Notes under the pieces: generated by a model
What the model saw: the letters and a program-made list of their open reading frames with translations, nothing else
Databases searched by the model: none
Told to the model about the DNA's origin: nothing
IMG/VR virus record: IMGVR_UViG_3300037722_000853
Span: 1 to 53,903 of that record
Direction: 5' to 3' (one strand)
DNA length: 53,903 nucleotides
From: a virus
Lineage: Duplodnaviria; Caudoviricetes
Program-made: the position numbers and the translations under genes
Shown here: positions 35,616 to 44,238 of the stretch, one piece after another
Numbering within the stretch: position 1 is the first letter of the stretch
How the letters are laid out: every line of letters starts with the position of its first letter

Positions 35616-36044
35616 ATGGACACATTTAGATGGAGCGACGGGCACTCACACGCAATCGAATTTCAGGCCCAGGAAAACGGATTCATCAAACCGGCAATGG
35701 ACGCCTTGAGACTATTCCACGCTGAAACGGCGAAAAAATACCATGATGGTAAAACGCAAACGGACATGATTCATTTCCGGCAGGCGGAATTGCACATTCA
35801 GATCAACGGCACCTGGCGGCCGCTAAAACATAATGGCGCACTGGTCATTTTCCCGATAACGGCCGTAGGTACGCCAGAATCAATTGCCGAGATTTACGAA
35901 AAACTGGAAACGGAACTGCTGTTCAAACAGCAGATGATTTGGCGCAGAGTTGACACCGCCTACGATAACGAACGCAACCTGATTCAGTTTCTAACCGGTT
36001 TCTCCGATACCTTAAAACAAATTATAGAGGGTGAAGATGAGTAA
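35616..36044 (+). CDS. Hypothetical protein
   Basis: AGGAG RBS. Confidence 0.65.
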   Translation: MDTFRWSDGHSHAIEFQAQENGFIKPAMDALRLFHAETAKKYHDGKTQTDMIHFRQAELHIQINGTWRPLKHNGALVIFPITAVGTPESIAEIYEKLETELLFKQQMIWRRVDTAYDNERNLIQFLTGFSDTLKQIIEGEDE

Positions 36045-36309
36045 AAAATCAAACTGGGGCGGCCGTCGCCCTGGCGCTGGCAGCGGTGGCCCGCGCCCTG
36101 GCGCTGGACGGCCGAAAGTGAAATTCAATTTCGACAACATCGGCAGTGCGTTTGTCATCGAGCGCGGCATGGTCAACGATGTGCCCGGCCCGCCAGAGGT
36201 GTGGGAGATCGCCAACGTCACCGATGATTATTTCGAGCTGCAAATCCAGCGCGGCGATGCCACCGAAATCATGACCATCTCAAAAATAGTTTTCTGGAAC
36301 GGTGAATAG
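36037..36309 (+). CDS. Small protein with GGxRxGAGRP DNA-binding tail
   Basis: WGGRRPGAGSGGPRPGAGRPK. Confidence 0.65.
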   Translation: MSKKSNWGGRRPGAGSGGPRPGAGRPKVKFNFDNIGSAFVIERGMVNDVPGPPEVWEIANVTDDYFELQIQRGDATEIMTISKIVFWNGE

Positions 36310-36337
36310 GTCAAATATTCTTTTGTTAAAGTTCACA

Positions 36338-36361
36338 GCCCGGCACCCCGCCGGGCTTTTT
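36338..36361 (+). terminator. Terminator between convergent units
   Basis: AGCCCGGC/GCCGGGCT then TTTT. Confidence 0.65.
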
Positions 36362-36367
36362 CATTTC

Positions 36368-36847
36368 CTACACATGAGCCAACAAAAACGCCTTCGGGTC
36401 GGTGTAATTATCAAGCACCGCCTGTTTGTTGCTGCCGGGCCAGTGTGTCGGATTACTCTCCAGCACTGCGCTGTGGCTGATGTCAAAATGCAGGTGATTA
36501 GCCAGGCCGAACTCGGCCCCGCCAATCGTGCCCAACACATCGCCCAGCTGCACCACCTGGCCCGCCTCCACCACCAGCGAGGCCAGATGACCATAGCGGC
36601 TGTGGACAATCGACCCGTCCTGCAGAACGTGCCGAATCACCACTAGCCGGCCCCACGTCGAAGGTGCCGGCACCAGCTCAGCAAACGTTACCAGGCCGTT
36701 GGCTGCGGCGTAAACCGGCTGGCCTTTGTCGGCGTCCCAGGTGGGTGAGTTGAGATTGAGATCCGCGCCGGTGTGATAGGCCGTGCGGATGGGGTTGCCG
36801 AACGAGTAGAGCGTCAGGTAGGGGTTTGCGTCAAACCAATCACTCAT
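36368..36847 (-). CDS. M23 family peptidase (endolysin domain)
   Basis: HTGAD, PVYAAANG, SRYGHL, HLHF. Confidence 0.92.
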   Translation of the reverse strand: MSDWFDANPYLTLYSFGNPIRTAYHTGADLNLNSPTWDADKGQPVYAAANGLVTFAELVPAPSTWGRLVVIRHVLQDGSIVHSRYGHLASLVVEAGQVVQLGDVLGTIGGAEFGLANHLHFDISHSAVLESNPTHWPGSNKQAVLDNYTDPKAFLLAHV

Positions 36848-38165
36848 TCCACAGCTCCCCGGCCGCTCGCTCCTCATCCGTCCCCACCGGCGCGGCGAAT
36901 TGAGCAGCAACGGCCGTCTCACCAGGGTCGCCAATCACCTCAACTCCACTCGGCCCACTCCATGGCTTCTTAAAAACAAACACCAGCCGTGGCCCCTGGC
37001 CGGTCACATCCTCGGCCGCCATGAAGCCGCGTTCGATACCATCGGCCGTTTTTACACTGCGCTCACGATGCACTGGCGTGTAGCCTGGCCGGTCCAGGAT
37101 CAACTGCTGCAACCCGGCATCCGGGTTTAGCGGAATGCCTCGATCAATTTGCTCCTGCACACTTACTGCCCAAATTTCAGTTTTCCAGTCCATGTCGCCT
37201 CCAGGGTCAGGGTCAATCACCACCGGTGGCGGGCTGGGGTTGGCCTTGACATATTCTTTAATTTCAAACGCCGGTAAATCAAACGTGTCCCATTGGCCCT
37301 GGCCCGGCTTGGTGAACAATGCCAGGCCCAGCAAACGGCCGTCTTTGGCAGCCAGTGTCCCCGCCAGCACGCTGTCGAGCCGCCGCAGATGGTCAATATA
37401 TTTTGTCACGCTGCCGCCGTATACGTCGCCATGTTTCCAGCCCGGCACCGGCGACGGGCTGTAACCATCCGGGTTGGATTTGATCGGTCCGCCTTCACCC
37501 AAAAACCATTTCACCCGGATGCCCAGGCCCACCAGGAATTTATCAATCACATCCCAGCGCAGATGGAGATCGCGCTGGTGGGCGGCCGACTCAATCCAAT
37601 CCTGATTTTTATAAACCGAGGTGTAGGCATGGTAGCCAAAGGCCCCGCCGGCCGCGGCCGTCTCCTTCGCCAGGTCCACCAGGTGGACGTACTCATCGTG
37701 ATCTGGATTACCCACGGCGGCCGCAAACACCACCGGCAGCAGGCCGGGGCAGTGAACCGGCAGGCGGCGTACAAAGGCACGGTCAAAGGCCACGATGTTT
37801 TTCAGCTTGGGAATGTTGTCGGTCGGGTATTCCTCATTCAATGATTCAGCAAATTTCAGGCCGTTTTTACTGGTCCCCATGTGCTGGTTGACCGAATCCC
37901 TAAATCGCACGATGTACTCATCGGCCGCTTTGTCTGCCTCGGCCGCCGAAACCCCCGCCCGGTCTATCCAACCGCCCTGGTTTTCCTTGTCAGCATAGCT
38001 GCGATAAATCACCAGAATTCCCGGGCTGGCCGCCTGTGCCGTGCCGTAATCCTCCGGGTGAAACGTTTTGATGCTGGCGAACGGCGACCCGGCTGAGTAG
38101 GCTTCGGTGAGATATTTGTTCCAGTCGAGGAACGGATCCTGCATGTGGTAGGTTATGTAACTCAT
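36840..38165 (-). CDS. Glycoside hydrolase-like (clan A TIM barrel) endolysin part
   Basis: ESLNE acid/base, GYHAY, FLGEGG nucleophile; in the lysis cassette. Confidence 0.7.
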   Translation of the reverse strand: MSYITYHMQDPFLDWNKYLTEAYSAGSPFASIKTFHPEDYGTAQAASPGILVIYRSYADKENQGGWIDRAGVSAAEADKAADEYIVRFRDSVNQHMGTSKNGLKFAESLNEEYPTDNIPKLKNIVAFDRAFVRRLPVHCPGLLPVVFAAAVGNPDHDEYVHLVDLAKETAAAGGAFGYHAYTSVYKNQDWIESAAHQRDLHLRWDVIDKFLVGLGIRVKWFLGEGGPIKSNPDGYSPSPVPGWKHGDVYGGSVTKYIDHLRRLDSVLAGTLAAKDGRLLGLALFTKPGQGQWDTFDLPAFEIKEYVKANPSPPPVVIDPDPGGDMDWKTEIWAVSVQEQIDRGIPLNPDAGLQQLILDRPGYTPVHRERSVKTADGIERGFMAAEDVTGQGPRLVFVFKKPWSGPSGVEVIGDPGETAVAAQFAAPVGTDEERAAGELWNE

Positions 38166-38668
38166 GGTTGCTCTATCTCCTCAATTCGTGTCATATCGGC
38201 GTGCCAATCCCAAATCAGGCCGTAAGACGGCTCGTTGGTCAGCACATCCACCGGGATCACCCACAGCCCGTAGCGCTCATGGAAAAACGGCCGTCGGTAA
38301 TCCACATCACCAAAATTATCAAAGCAGAGCAGCTGCCGATCCTCGCCCTGCCAGGTGAAGGAAACGGCCGTTGTCCAGCTCCACTCACCCTCATACAATT
38401 TTGTCCACTCCTGGATACAGCTGGCTACCAGCCACTCGTGACCGGCGGCGGTGGGATGCAAATTAGCGTAGACGGCCGGATTGCCGTCCGCCTGGCCTTG
38501 CCAGGGAATGGGCTCCCCGTCTGGGCCGAAAAACCAGTAGTTGGTCAGGCTCAGCGGCATACTCTCAATAGGCGGTACGGCCGTCGCCGCTTCCACCGCG
38601 CCGCCGACGAGCGCAAACAGACATACGACCGTTTGCGCGCAAACGTATAAAATCGGGATCGGAATCAT
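38162..38668 (-). CDS. Secreted protein, possible 3D/DPBB cell-wall domain
   Basis: Signal-like N-terminus; TNYW...ASC...CFDNFG...IPVDVL. Confidence 0.45.
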   Translation of the reverse strand: MIPIPILYVCAQTVVCLFALVGGAVEAATAVPPIESMPLSLTNYWFFGPDGEPIPWQGQADGNPAVYANLHPTAAGHEWLVASCIQEWTKLYEGEWSWTTAVSFTWQGEDRQLLCFDNFGDVDYRRPFFHERYGLWVIPVDVLTNEPSYGLIWDWHADMTRIEEIEQP

Positions 38669-38793
38669 CGCCGCCGCCTTAGCCAATACAAAATGCCGCC
38701 GAACACGGCCAACACGGCCGTACCGCCGCACACTAACAGCAGCGGGTCCAGCAGCAGCACTAATGTGCCGGGGTCCTGGAAAAGCAAAATCAT
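38665..38793 (-). CDS. Small single-TM protein
   Basis: MILLFQDPG...GILYWLRRRR; both ends overlap neighbours. Confidence 0.6.
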   Translation of the reverse strand: MILLFQDPGTLVLLLDPLLLVCGGTAVLAVFGGILYWLRRRR

Positions 38794-39083
38794 TATGTCA
38801 CCATCCAATTTTCGGCCGGCCGCTCCGCCTGGCAGATGCCGATCAATCTCACCAGGTCGCCGCGCCGCTCCATAAACAAATACAATTCTCGGCACTTGTC
38901 CGACAGCCGCGTGCCGGGCAGCTCCTCGAAATTAACCGCCAGGTCAAAACAAATCTGGCGAATCTCATCCAGGCTGAACGCGTTTGCCATCTGACCGTGG
39001 AACGTGGTGCGCGGTTTCAGCTCACCCGTTTTGGGCCTAATGATTGATTTCACAAAGGCCAGCGTTTCCTCGGCGTCAATCAA
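38793..39083 (-). CDS. EAD7-like (bacterial death-like) domain; probably the 3' part of a frameshifted gene
   Basis: FSLDEIRQICFDLAVNFEELPG..LSDKCRELYLFMERRGDL..L...CQAERP. Confidence 0.65.
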   Translation of the reverse strand: MIDAEETLAFVKSIIRPKTGELKPRTTFHGQMANAFSLDEIRQICFDLAVNFEELPGTRLSDKCRELYLFMERRGDLVRLIGICQAERPAENWMVT

Positions 39084-39343
39084 CCGCCGGTAGAAACCGC
39101 CGATACCCGCAATGAGCCGGACAATTTTTTTTTGTTGTCCTCAATGCGCGAATTCTGCCGCGACAGCATGGTCGCCATATCCGCCCGCAACGCGGCCGTT
39201 TCCGCCCGCACCTCGGCGCGCAGCTCCTCCACCTCCCGCCGCGCCGAGCGGATGTCGCGCAGCAGGCCGCGCAGCTCCACGCGCAATTTGGCCACGTGGC
39301 CCACAACCTGGCTTAGTTCATCGTTGTTGGTTGGCTCGTTCAT
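39080..39343 (-). CDS. Coiled-coil protein with A9 slippery run
   Basis: Heptads; AAC AAA AAA AAA TTG with the A9 run at 39125-39133. Confidence 0.65.
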   Translation of the reverse strand: MNEPTNNDELSQVVGHVAKLRVELRGLLRDIRSARREVEELRAEVRAETAALRADMATMLSRQNSRIEDNKKKLSGSLRVSAVSTGG

Positions 39344-39696
39344 GGTTTGCGTTCGCCTGCGTTGGGCCCCGCCAACGCCGCCTCGTTTTCCAGGTTTTTG
39401 ATCACCGACTGCATCATGGCCACGCGCGCCTCCAGCCGGTATTTTTCTTCCTTCAGCCGGTCGCGCTCAAGCTCCAGCTGGGTCACTTTCTCCGCCCGCA
39501 GCGCCGCCACCTCACGCTGCGTTCTGGCGGCCGTTTCCGCATCCGCCAGCCGGTAGCGCGTTTTCTCCAGCTGCCTGCGCAGCTGCACGGCCGTGGCCAT
39601 ATCCAGCTCGGCCAGCGCGGCGGTTACGGCCGTACTCACAATCTGCAGCAGGCGCTGCTCGGTAATGACCAGAATCTGCTGTTCGCCGTTTGCCAT
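39340..39696 (-). CDS. Coiled-coil protein
   Basis: Long heptad region; follows the holin gene. Confidence 0.65.
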   Translation of the reverse strand: MANGEQQILVITEQRLLQIVSTAVTAALAELDMATAVQLRRQLEKTRYRLADAETAARTQREVAALRAEKVTQLELERDRLKEEKYRLEARVAMMQSVIKNLENEAALAGPNAGERKP

Positions 39697-39711
39697 GATG
39701 GTGGTCCGCGT

Positions 39712-40035
39712 CTACTCCATTGCCGCTTCGATCTGGGCCGGCGTGGCCGCAACAACAGCCACCGTTTTTTGCCGCACCCGCTGGATTACATCGTGCGAGG
39801 CGTTGGCCACCCGGCTGAAGAGGATGCCAGTGAACACGCTGCCCAAAAACGGCACCATCGCGTTTAAGCCAGCCGCCGCATACACGTCCTGCCCAAACAC
39901 CACGGCCCCGGCAATGCCAGCCACCAGCGCGGCAATCAGCCGCCAGTCAAAGTTCTTCTCCACCGCCAGCTGCTCGGTGTAATACACAATGGCCTCGATC
40001 AGTAGGCCGATTAAAACTGGTAATTGAAATTCCAT
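39712..40035 (-). CDS. Holin
   Basis: About 107 aa, 2-3 TMs, TGILFSRVANASHD motif; first gene of the lysis cassette. Confidence 0.75.
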   Translation of the reverse strand: MEFQLPVLIGLLIEAIVYYTEQLAVEKNFDWRLIAALVAGIAGAVVFGQDVYAAAGLNAMVPFLGSVFTGILFSRVANASHDVIQRVRQKTVAVVAATPAQIEAAME

Positions 40036-40046
40036 CACAATCTCCT

Positions 40047-40112
40047 TTATGTAGAGTTACGCACGGCCGTGTTGACCGCAGCTAAAAATGTTCCATTTGC
40101 TAAAACGTCCAT
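40047..40112 (-). CDS. 21-aa ORF upstream of the holin
   Basis: GGAGG RBS; MDVLANGTFLAAVNTAVRNST; stop overlaps the holin RBS. Confidence 0.35.
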   Translation of the reverse strand: MDVLANGTFLAAVNTAVRNST

Positions 40113-40153
40113 TTGCAAATCCTCCGTGTAGATAAATAGATGCCTAAAAGCCA

Positions 40154-40951
40154 TCAACCGCTGTATTGCGGAGCAGATAGGTAGTAGAAGGTCTCAACCA
40201 GATTGCTGGGCACGGCCGCATGGCACAAAAACGCCAGCGAGCCTCGGCCTGTAAACCCGCGGCCCGATCCGGTGTCATCGTCACCAATCCTAAACGCGGC
40301 CGCACCATTAAACAGCGTAGACGGAATAGACGTGCTGTTCGCCACCCAGATGCCGTTCGCAAAAACGGCTATATCCGGCACTTCCGATCGGTAACGGGCG
40401 AGAATAAACATCCAGTTCACCGCTGTGTTAATACTAGAAACCACACTAAATGTTGTTGCGCCATCGCCGGACACAATAAACTGCGCGTTGTCAGACGATG
40501 AATTATTCAGGAGCAGTGCGTACGATCTCTGATTTCCTCCGGCCAAATATTTTGACATCGCCCACTGCTCGCCCGTGCCCGAATTCGGCCGTATCCACAT
40601 ACCTGCCGTGAGGCCACGAAAATCCTGCCCGCTTCGCACATACGATTCGTTACCAATCAAATCAAAATCAGATGAATCCGCGTGCGATAAATAGTGCGAG
40701 GCCGACCCCCAAAACGACTTCGGTGCCAGCGGGGCCGTCGCCGATTCCAGCAATACGCCGCTGCGCGTCAGGTGCAGCCCGTTCCCAGATTGATCGACCG
40801 CCTCCCCGCTGGCGTTGTAGCTGCCCAGCGTCCATAGCCCCCGAAGGCCGGGAAATGTCATTAGCATGGAGAATGCCTTCGACCACGCCTCCGTATCCGC
40901 TGCCGCCGTCTCCAGCGTCTCCAACCCTCGCACTCTCCCATCCAATGTCAT
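40154..40951 (-). CDS. LamG/ConA-like tail protein
   Basis: DQSGNGLHLT, TAGMWIRP, WMFILARY, FRIG. Confidence 0.8.
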   Translation of the reverse strand: MTLDGRVRGLETLETAAADTEAWSKAFSMLMTFPGLRGLWTLGSYNASGEAVDQSGNGLHLTRSGVLLESATAPLAPKSFWGSASHYLSHADSSDFDLIGNESYVRSGQDFRGLTAGMWIRPNSGTGEQWAMSKYLAGGNQRSYALLLNNSSSDNAQFIVSGDGATTFSVVSSINTAVNWMFILARYRSEVPDIAVFANGIWVANSTSIPSTLFNGAAAFRIGDDDTGSGRGFTGRGSLAFLCHAAVPSNLVETFYYLSAPQYSG

Positions 40952-42327
40952 GCCCCCACCTCACTCTCAAACTCCGGCGTAATCGACTCCGCGCCGTCGC
41001 TGCTGGCGCTCACCGTCACCCCCATCACCTTCATGTCATAATCCCGGCCCAAATATTCCACCGTCACCAGGTCGCCCATGTCCCAATCACGGCCGTACCG
41101 TGTCCCCACCGTCTGCCGCACGCTAAAACTAATCTGGCGGATCGGCCGCTGCTCATTCACCATCGCCTCGGCCTGGTCATCCAGCTCATTATCATCGTTG
41201 CTGTTACGGCCGCTGCGAGCCACCGCCCGGCGTGCCCACGGCGAAAGGGCCAGCAGGCTGCTGTCGGCCGCCGTTCGCACCTTTTGCAGCGCCCCCTTGC
41301 CCTGGCCCAGGGCATACACCACATTCACCTCGTTGAGGTGTTTGTAATCGGCGGCAATGCCCTCCACGTTGCCATACTGCGGGCTGAGGATCACTGGCGC
41401 ATTGCCGGCGCTGTTGCCCCGCGTCCGGTCCGCCCCCCAGCGGGTGTTGCGCCAGGTGAACTCAAACGCCGCCGGGCCTGCCCCCAGCACCATATAATCC
41501 CCCGGCCCGTACTCCGCCAGCTCGCTCAGCACGTCGGCCAGCAGTTTGTTGGCCCGGTCGCCCTGCCAGGTTTTGCCCAGCGCCGCGCTGGTGGCCACCG
41601 TCAGCCCCGGCATCACCCGGCTGTTACCCAGCCCGTCCACCCCGGCCAACGGTCCGATATTCTCACTCACATAAGCCCGCGCCACGGCCGCCACGTCACC
41701 ATTCTTTTGCGCCTGGCTGCTGCCGCTGGCATAGCGGATCACATCGGCATACAGCAGCACGTTGTACCCCTGGCCATAGCTGATGTAGATAAAACGGCCG
41801 CTGGCCTCCTGGCTAAAATTCTCGCCCCGGTGGAACGCCTCAAAATCCTTGTAAAAATCCCGGGCCGTATCCAGCGGGTCATTGCGATAAAACTCCCACT
41901 GAAAATCAAGACCGTCATCCAGGACCAGGTAGTCGCGCACCCGGTCATCGTCACCGTAAATGCGCACCGTCGCTGCCCCCGGTGTGCGCAGCCGTTTGCG
42001 ATAGCTAAACGCCTGCAAACCACCGCTGCTCTGGCCCCGCCCCCCCCCTGCAAACTGAGCCACCGTGGCCCCGCTGTGGTCGCGCAGCAGCAGCAAATAG
42101 GCCGCCGCCCCGGCCGCAAACAGCAGCGCCGGCACGCTGAAGCCCGTCCCCGGCACTGACGGTGTCGTCGAAGGCCCGCCGCCCGCCGCCAAAATCCCGG
42201 CGTAGCTGGCGGCCAGCGCCTGCCGGTCCGCCTGGTCCAGGCTGCCGCTGGGAACCGCCACCGGCCCCAGGAAGAGCAGGGGGATGGCCGAGATGGATTT
42301 GCGTTTAACGGCCGTGTCAATTGCCAC
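40948..42327 (-). CDS. Minor tail protein (ReqiPepy6 Gp37-like)
   Basis: NVVYALGQGKG, YGRDWDMGDLVTV. Confidence 0.8.
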   Translation of the reverse strand: MAIDTAVKRKSISAIPLLFLGPVAVPSGSLDQADRQALAASYAGILAAGGGPSTTPSVPGTGFSVPALLFAAGAAAYLLLLRDHSGATVAQFAGGGRGQSSGGLQAFSYRKRLRTPGAATVRIYGDDDRVRDYLVLDDGLDFQWEFYRNDPLDTARDFYKDFEAFHRGENFSQEASGRFIYISYGQGYNVLLYADVIRYASGSSQAQKNGDVAAVARAYVSENIGPLAGVDGLGNSRVMPGLTVATSAALGKTWQGDRANKLLADVLSELAEYGPGDYMVLGAGPAAFEFTWRNTRWGADRTRGNSAGNAPVILSPQYGNVEGIAADYKHLNEVNVVYALGQGKGALQKVRTAADSSLLALSPWARRAVARSGRNSNDDNELDDQAEAMVNEQRPIRQISFSVRQTVGTRYGRDWDMGDLVTVEYLGRDYDMKVMGVTVSASSDGAESITPEFESEVGA

Positions 42328-43091
42328 TAGATGCTATTCCCCTCCGTTTCGGTAAACGTAACACCGTCGTCAGAGAGATCTTTTTCCCACTCGGCCGCGC
42401 CGCCATCATCGAAGAAAGTTTTCTTGGTGGCCGTCACCGTCACCTGGTTGCGCAGCGCCATGTACAGGTAGCCAATCTTGGTGGCCAACGCCACCGTCGC
42501 CCCCGGCACGCCGGCCGGCTCGCCGTAGGTATCGGTGGCCAGTGCGTCCACCACCTCGGCATTTACGGCCGCCGCGCTTAAATCGTTCAGGGCGGCAATC
42601 AGGCTGGGGATCGTCGTATCGGTGTCTACCAGAATGGCATCCAGATCCAGCCCGCCCGCGTCGCTGACCGGCAGCCCGCCTGCGGCATCGGCCGCTGCAT
42701 TGGGCAGCGCCGTGCCCGCCAGGCCCCTGGTCGCTGAAACAATGCGGAAAGCGGCCGCTACAAAATTCACCGTCTGGCCGTCCACGGTGATGGCCGAAAT
42801 CACCACGTGATACCACGGCCCAACCTCATAAAAACCGGCGTCGGTGTTGTCGCTCAGGTCGATGCTGAAACCGTGAATCCCGGTGATGCCATCGAAATCA
42901 ATGCCGTCAGTATCCAGCAGGGTGTAGCCCGCGTCGCTGGCCCGCTGCGTCACACCGCCGTCCTTGTAGATTTCAATGTCGGTCACCGCCAGGCCGGTCA
43001 TGGTAATGCTGGCCCCGGTGCCGCCGTCGTAGGTATCGAACAAATGGGGCAGCGTATCGCCCTCGACGGGGTAATAAACTGGGTAACTCAT
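42327..43091 (-). CDS. Virion-associated hypothetical protein
   Basis: In tail operon; low-complexity AAADAAGG linker. Confidence 0.65.
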   Translation of the reverse strand: MSYPVYYPVEGDTLPHLFDTYDGGTGASITMTGLAVTDIEIYKDGGVTQRASDAGYTLLDTDGIDFDGITGIHGFSIDLSDNTDAGFYEVGPWYHVVISAITVDGQTVNFVAAAFRIVSATRGLAGTALPNAAADAAGGLPVSDAGGLDLDAILVDTDTTIPSLIAALNDLSAAAVNAEVVDALATDTYGEPAGVPGATVALATKIGYLYMALRNQVTVTATKKTFFDDGGAAEWEKDLSDDGVTFTETEGNSI

Positions 43092-43094
43092 GGT

Positions 43095-43304
43095 TTATTC
43101 ATTCCTCACTATCTCCATCGACTCGATGCCGTACCGGTCTAAATACTGAGCCACAGACCGCAGGATAGATAAAAAATCCACCGTCTCCACCACCACAATA
43201 GGCGATGGCAGGGTAATGCTGGATAAAATGTGCGTATCGTTGTCATAATCACCCTCCCGGTGCGTACTGCTATCTTTCACGACCTCGTAATGAAAAGAAC
43301 TCAT
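43095..43304 (-). CDS. Hypothetical protein
   Basis: ATGA overlap. Confidence 0.55.
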   Translation of the reverse strand: MSSFHYEVVKDSSTHREGDYDNDTHILSSITLPSPIVVVETVDFLSILRSVAQYLDRYGIESMEIVRNE

Positions 43305-43924
43305 CCTACCAACCTCCCTTGTAAAATGCCGCCGCCCACCAGCTTGCCGCCTACCAGCGAACCCTCAGGATCACCACCACCACCGGCCGTAAACTCAATG
43401 TGCAGCGCCGCCGGGTCGCCGGTGCCCTCCAGGCTCACCACGGCAAACGTGCTGATGACATCACTACGGCCGTCCAGGAAGATCACAATCCCCGCGCCGT
43501 TGGCCAGGCCGCCGTAGGTATCCACCAGCTCCTGGAGCACACTCACGATTGACGGCGAATTGACCGGGCTGGTCCCTATGCCCGTAGCCGTCCACTGCTC
43601 GCTGGCCGTGGTGCGGGTGCGATCCGTCACGTCGGCATTAGTCACAAAACCGGGCGCGTCGGCGCTGTCCTCTGCGCCGATTTGCACATTCGGATCATCG
43701 GCCGCCAGCGCGTTGGCCTGCACCGTGATGTGGGCCACGTCGATGGTGGCCCCGGCCGGTATTTCGGCCGTCAGTACAAATTCAAAGCCGCCATAATAGC
43801 GGCGGTTGGGCGTTGCTGTGGCCGTGTGGCTGGTGCAGGTAACAACGGCCGCCGAATCCGAGAAATTTGCCCCGGTGCTGTCTTCGTGTGCATCGGAGCT
43901 TGTAACCAGGTCGAGAGTGGTCAC
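43301..43924 (-). CDS. Beta-sandwich virion protein
   Basis: IPAGATIDVAHI, SPSIVSVLQELVD, PAALHIEF. Confidence 0.6.
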   Translation of the reverse strand: MTTLDLVTSSDAHEDSTGANFSDSAAVVTCTSHTATATPNRRYYGGFEFVLTAEIPAGATIDVAHITVQANALAADDPNVQIGAEDSADAPGFVTNADVTDRTRTTASEQWTATGIGTSPVNSPSIVSVLQELVDTYGGLANGAGIVIFLDGRSDVISTFAVVSLEGTGDPAALHIEFTAGGGGDPEGSLVGGKLVGGGILQGRLVG

Positions 43925-44238
43925 GGATAAGCCTCCGGGGTGGGAGCAGCCTGCCCCGAGCCTGCCGGGAGGTTCATCACCACAGGCAGGTAAACCCGAT
44001 CACCCCAACCCGGCGGCGTTTTCTCCGGCGTCGCCGTGGGCGCGCCGACGGCCGTGGGTGTGTAGGTCGGACCAGGCGGCGGCAGCGTTTTTTCGGGCGT
44101 CGCCGTCGCCGCGCCGATAGTCGTGGGTGTGTAGGTTGGACCCGGCGGCGGGCACACCTCGCCCGGCTTGCACTCCTGGCCAGAAAACGAGAAGGCCAGA
44201 ACCAGTAAAACGATGAAGGGAACCAATAGTTGTTTCAT
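43921..44238 (-). CDS. Secreted Pro/Thr repeat protein with YLPVVM motif
   Basis: Signal peptide; PPPGPTYTPT..GA.TATPEKT twice; RVYLPVVMN. Confidence 0.7.
   Translation of the reverse strand: MKQLLVPFIVLLVLAFSFSGQECKPGEVCPPPGPTYTPTTIGAATATPEKTLPPPGPTYTPTAVGAPTATPEKTPPGWGDRVYLPVVMNLPAGSGQAAPTPEAYP

Noticed and set aside
40672-42159. Long opposite-strand ORFs (also 8063-9331, 46729-47961, 29946-30908)
   Set aside because: Shadows of real genes in GC-rich DNA; no RBS or motifs
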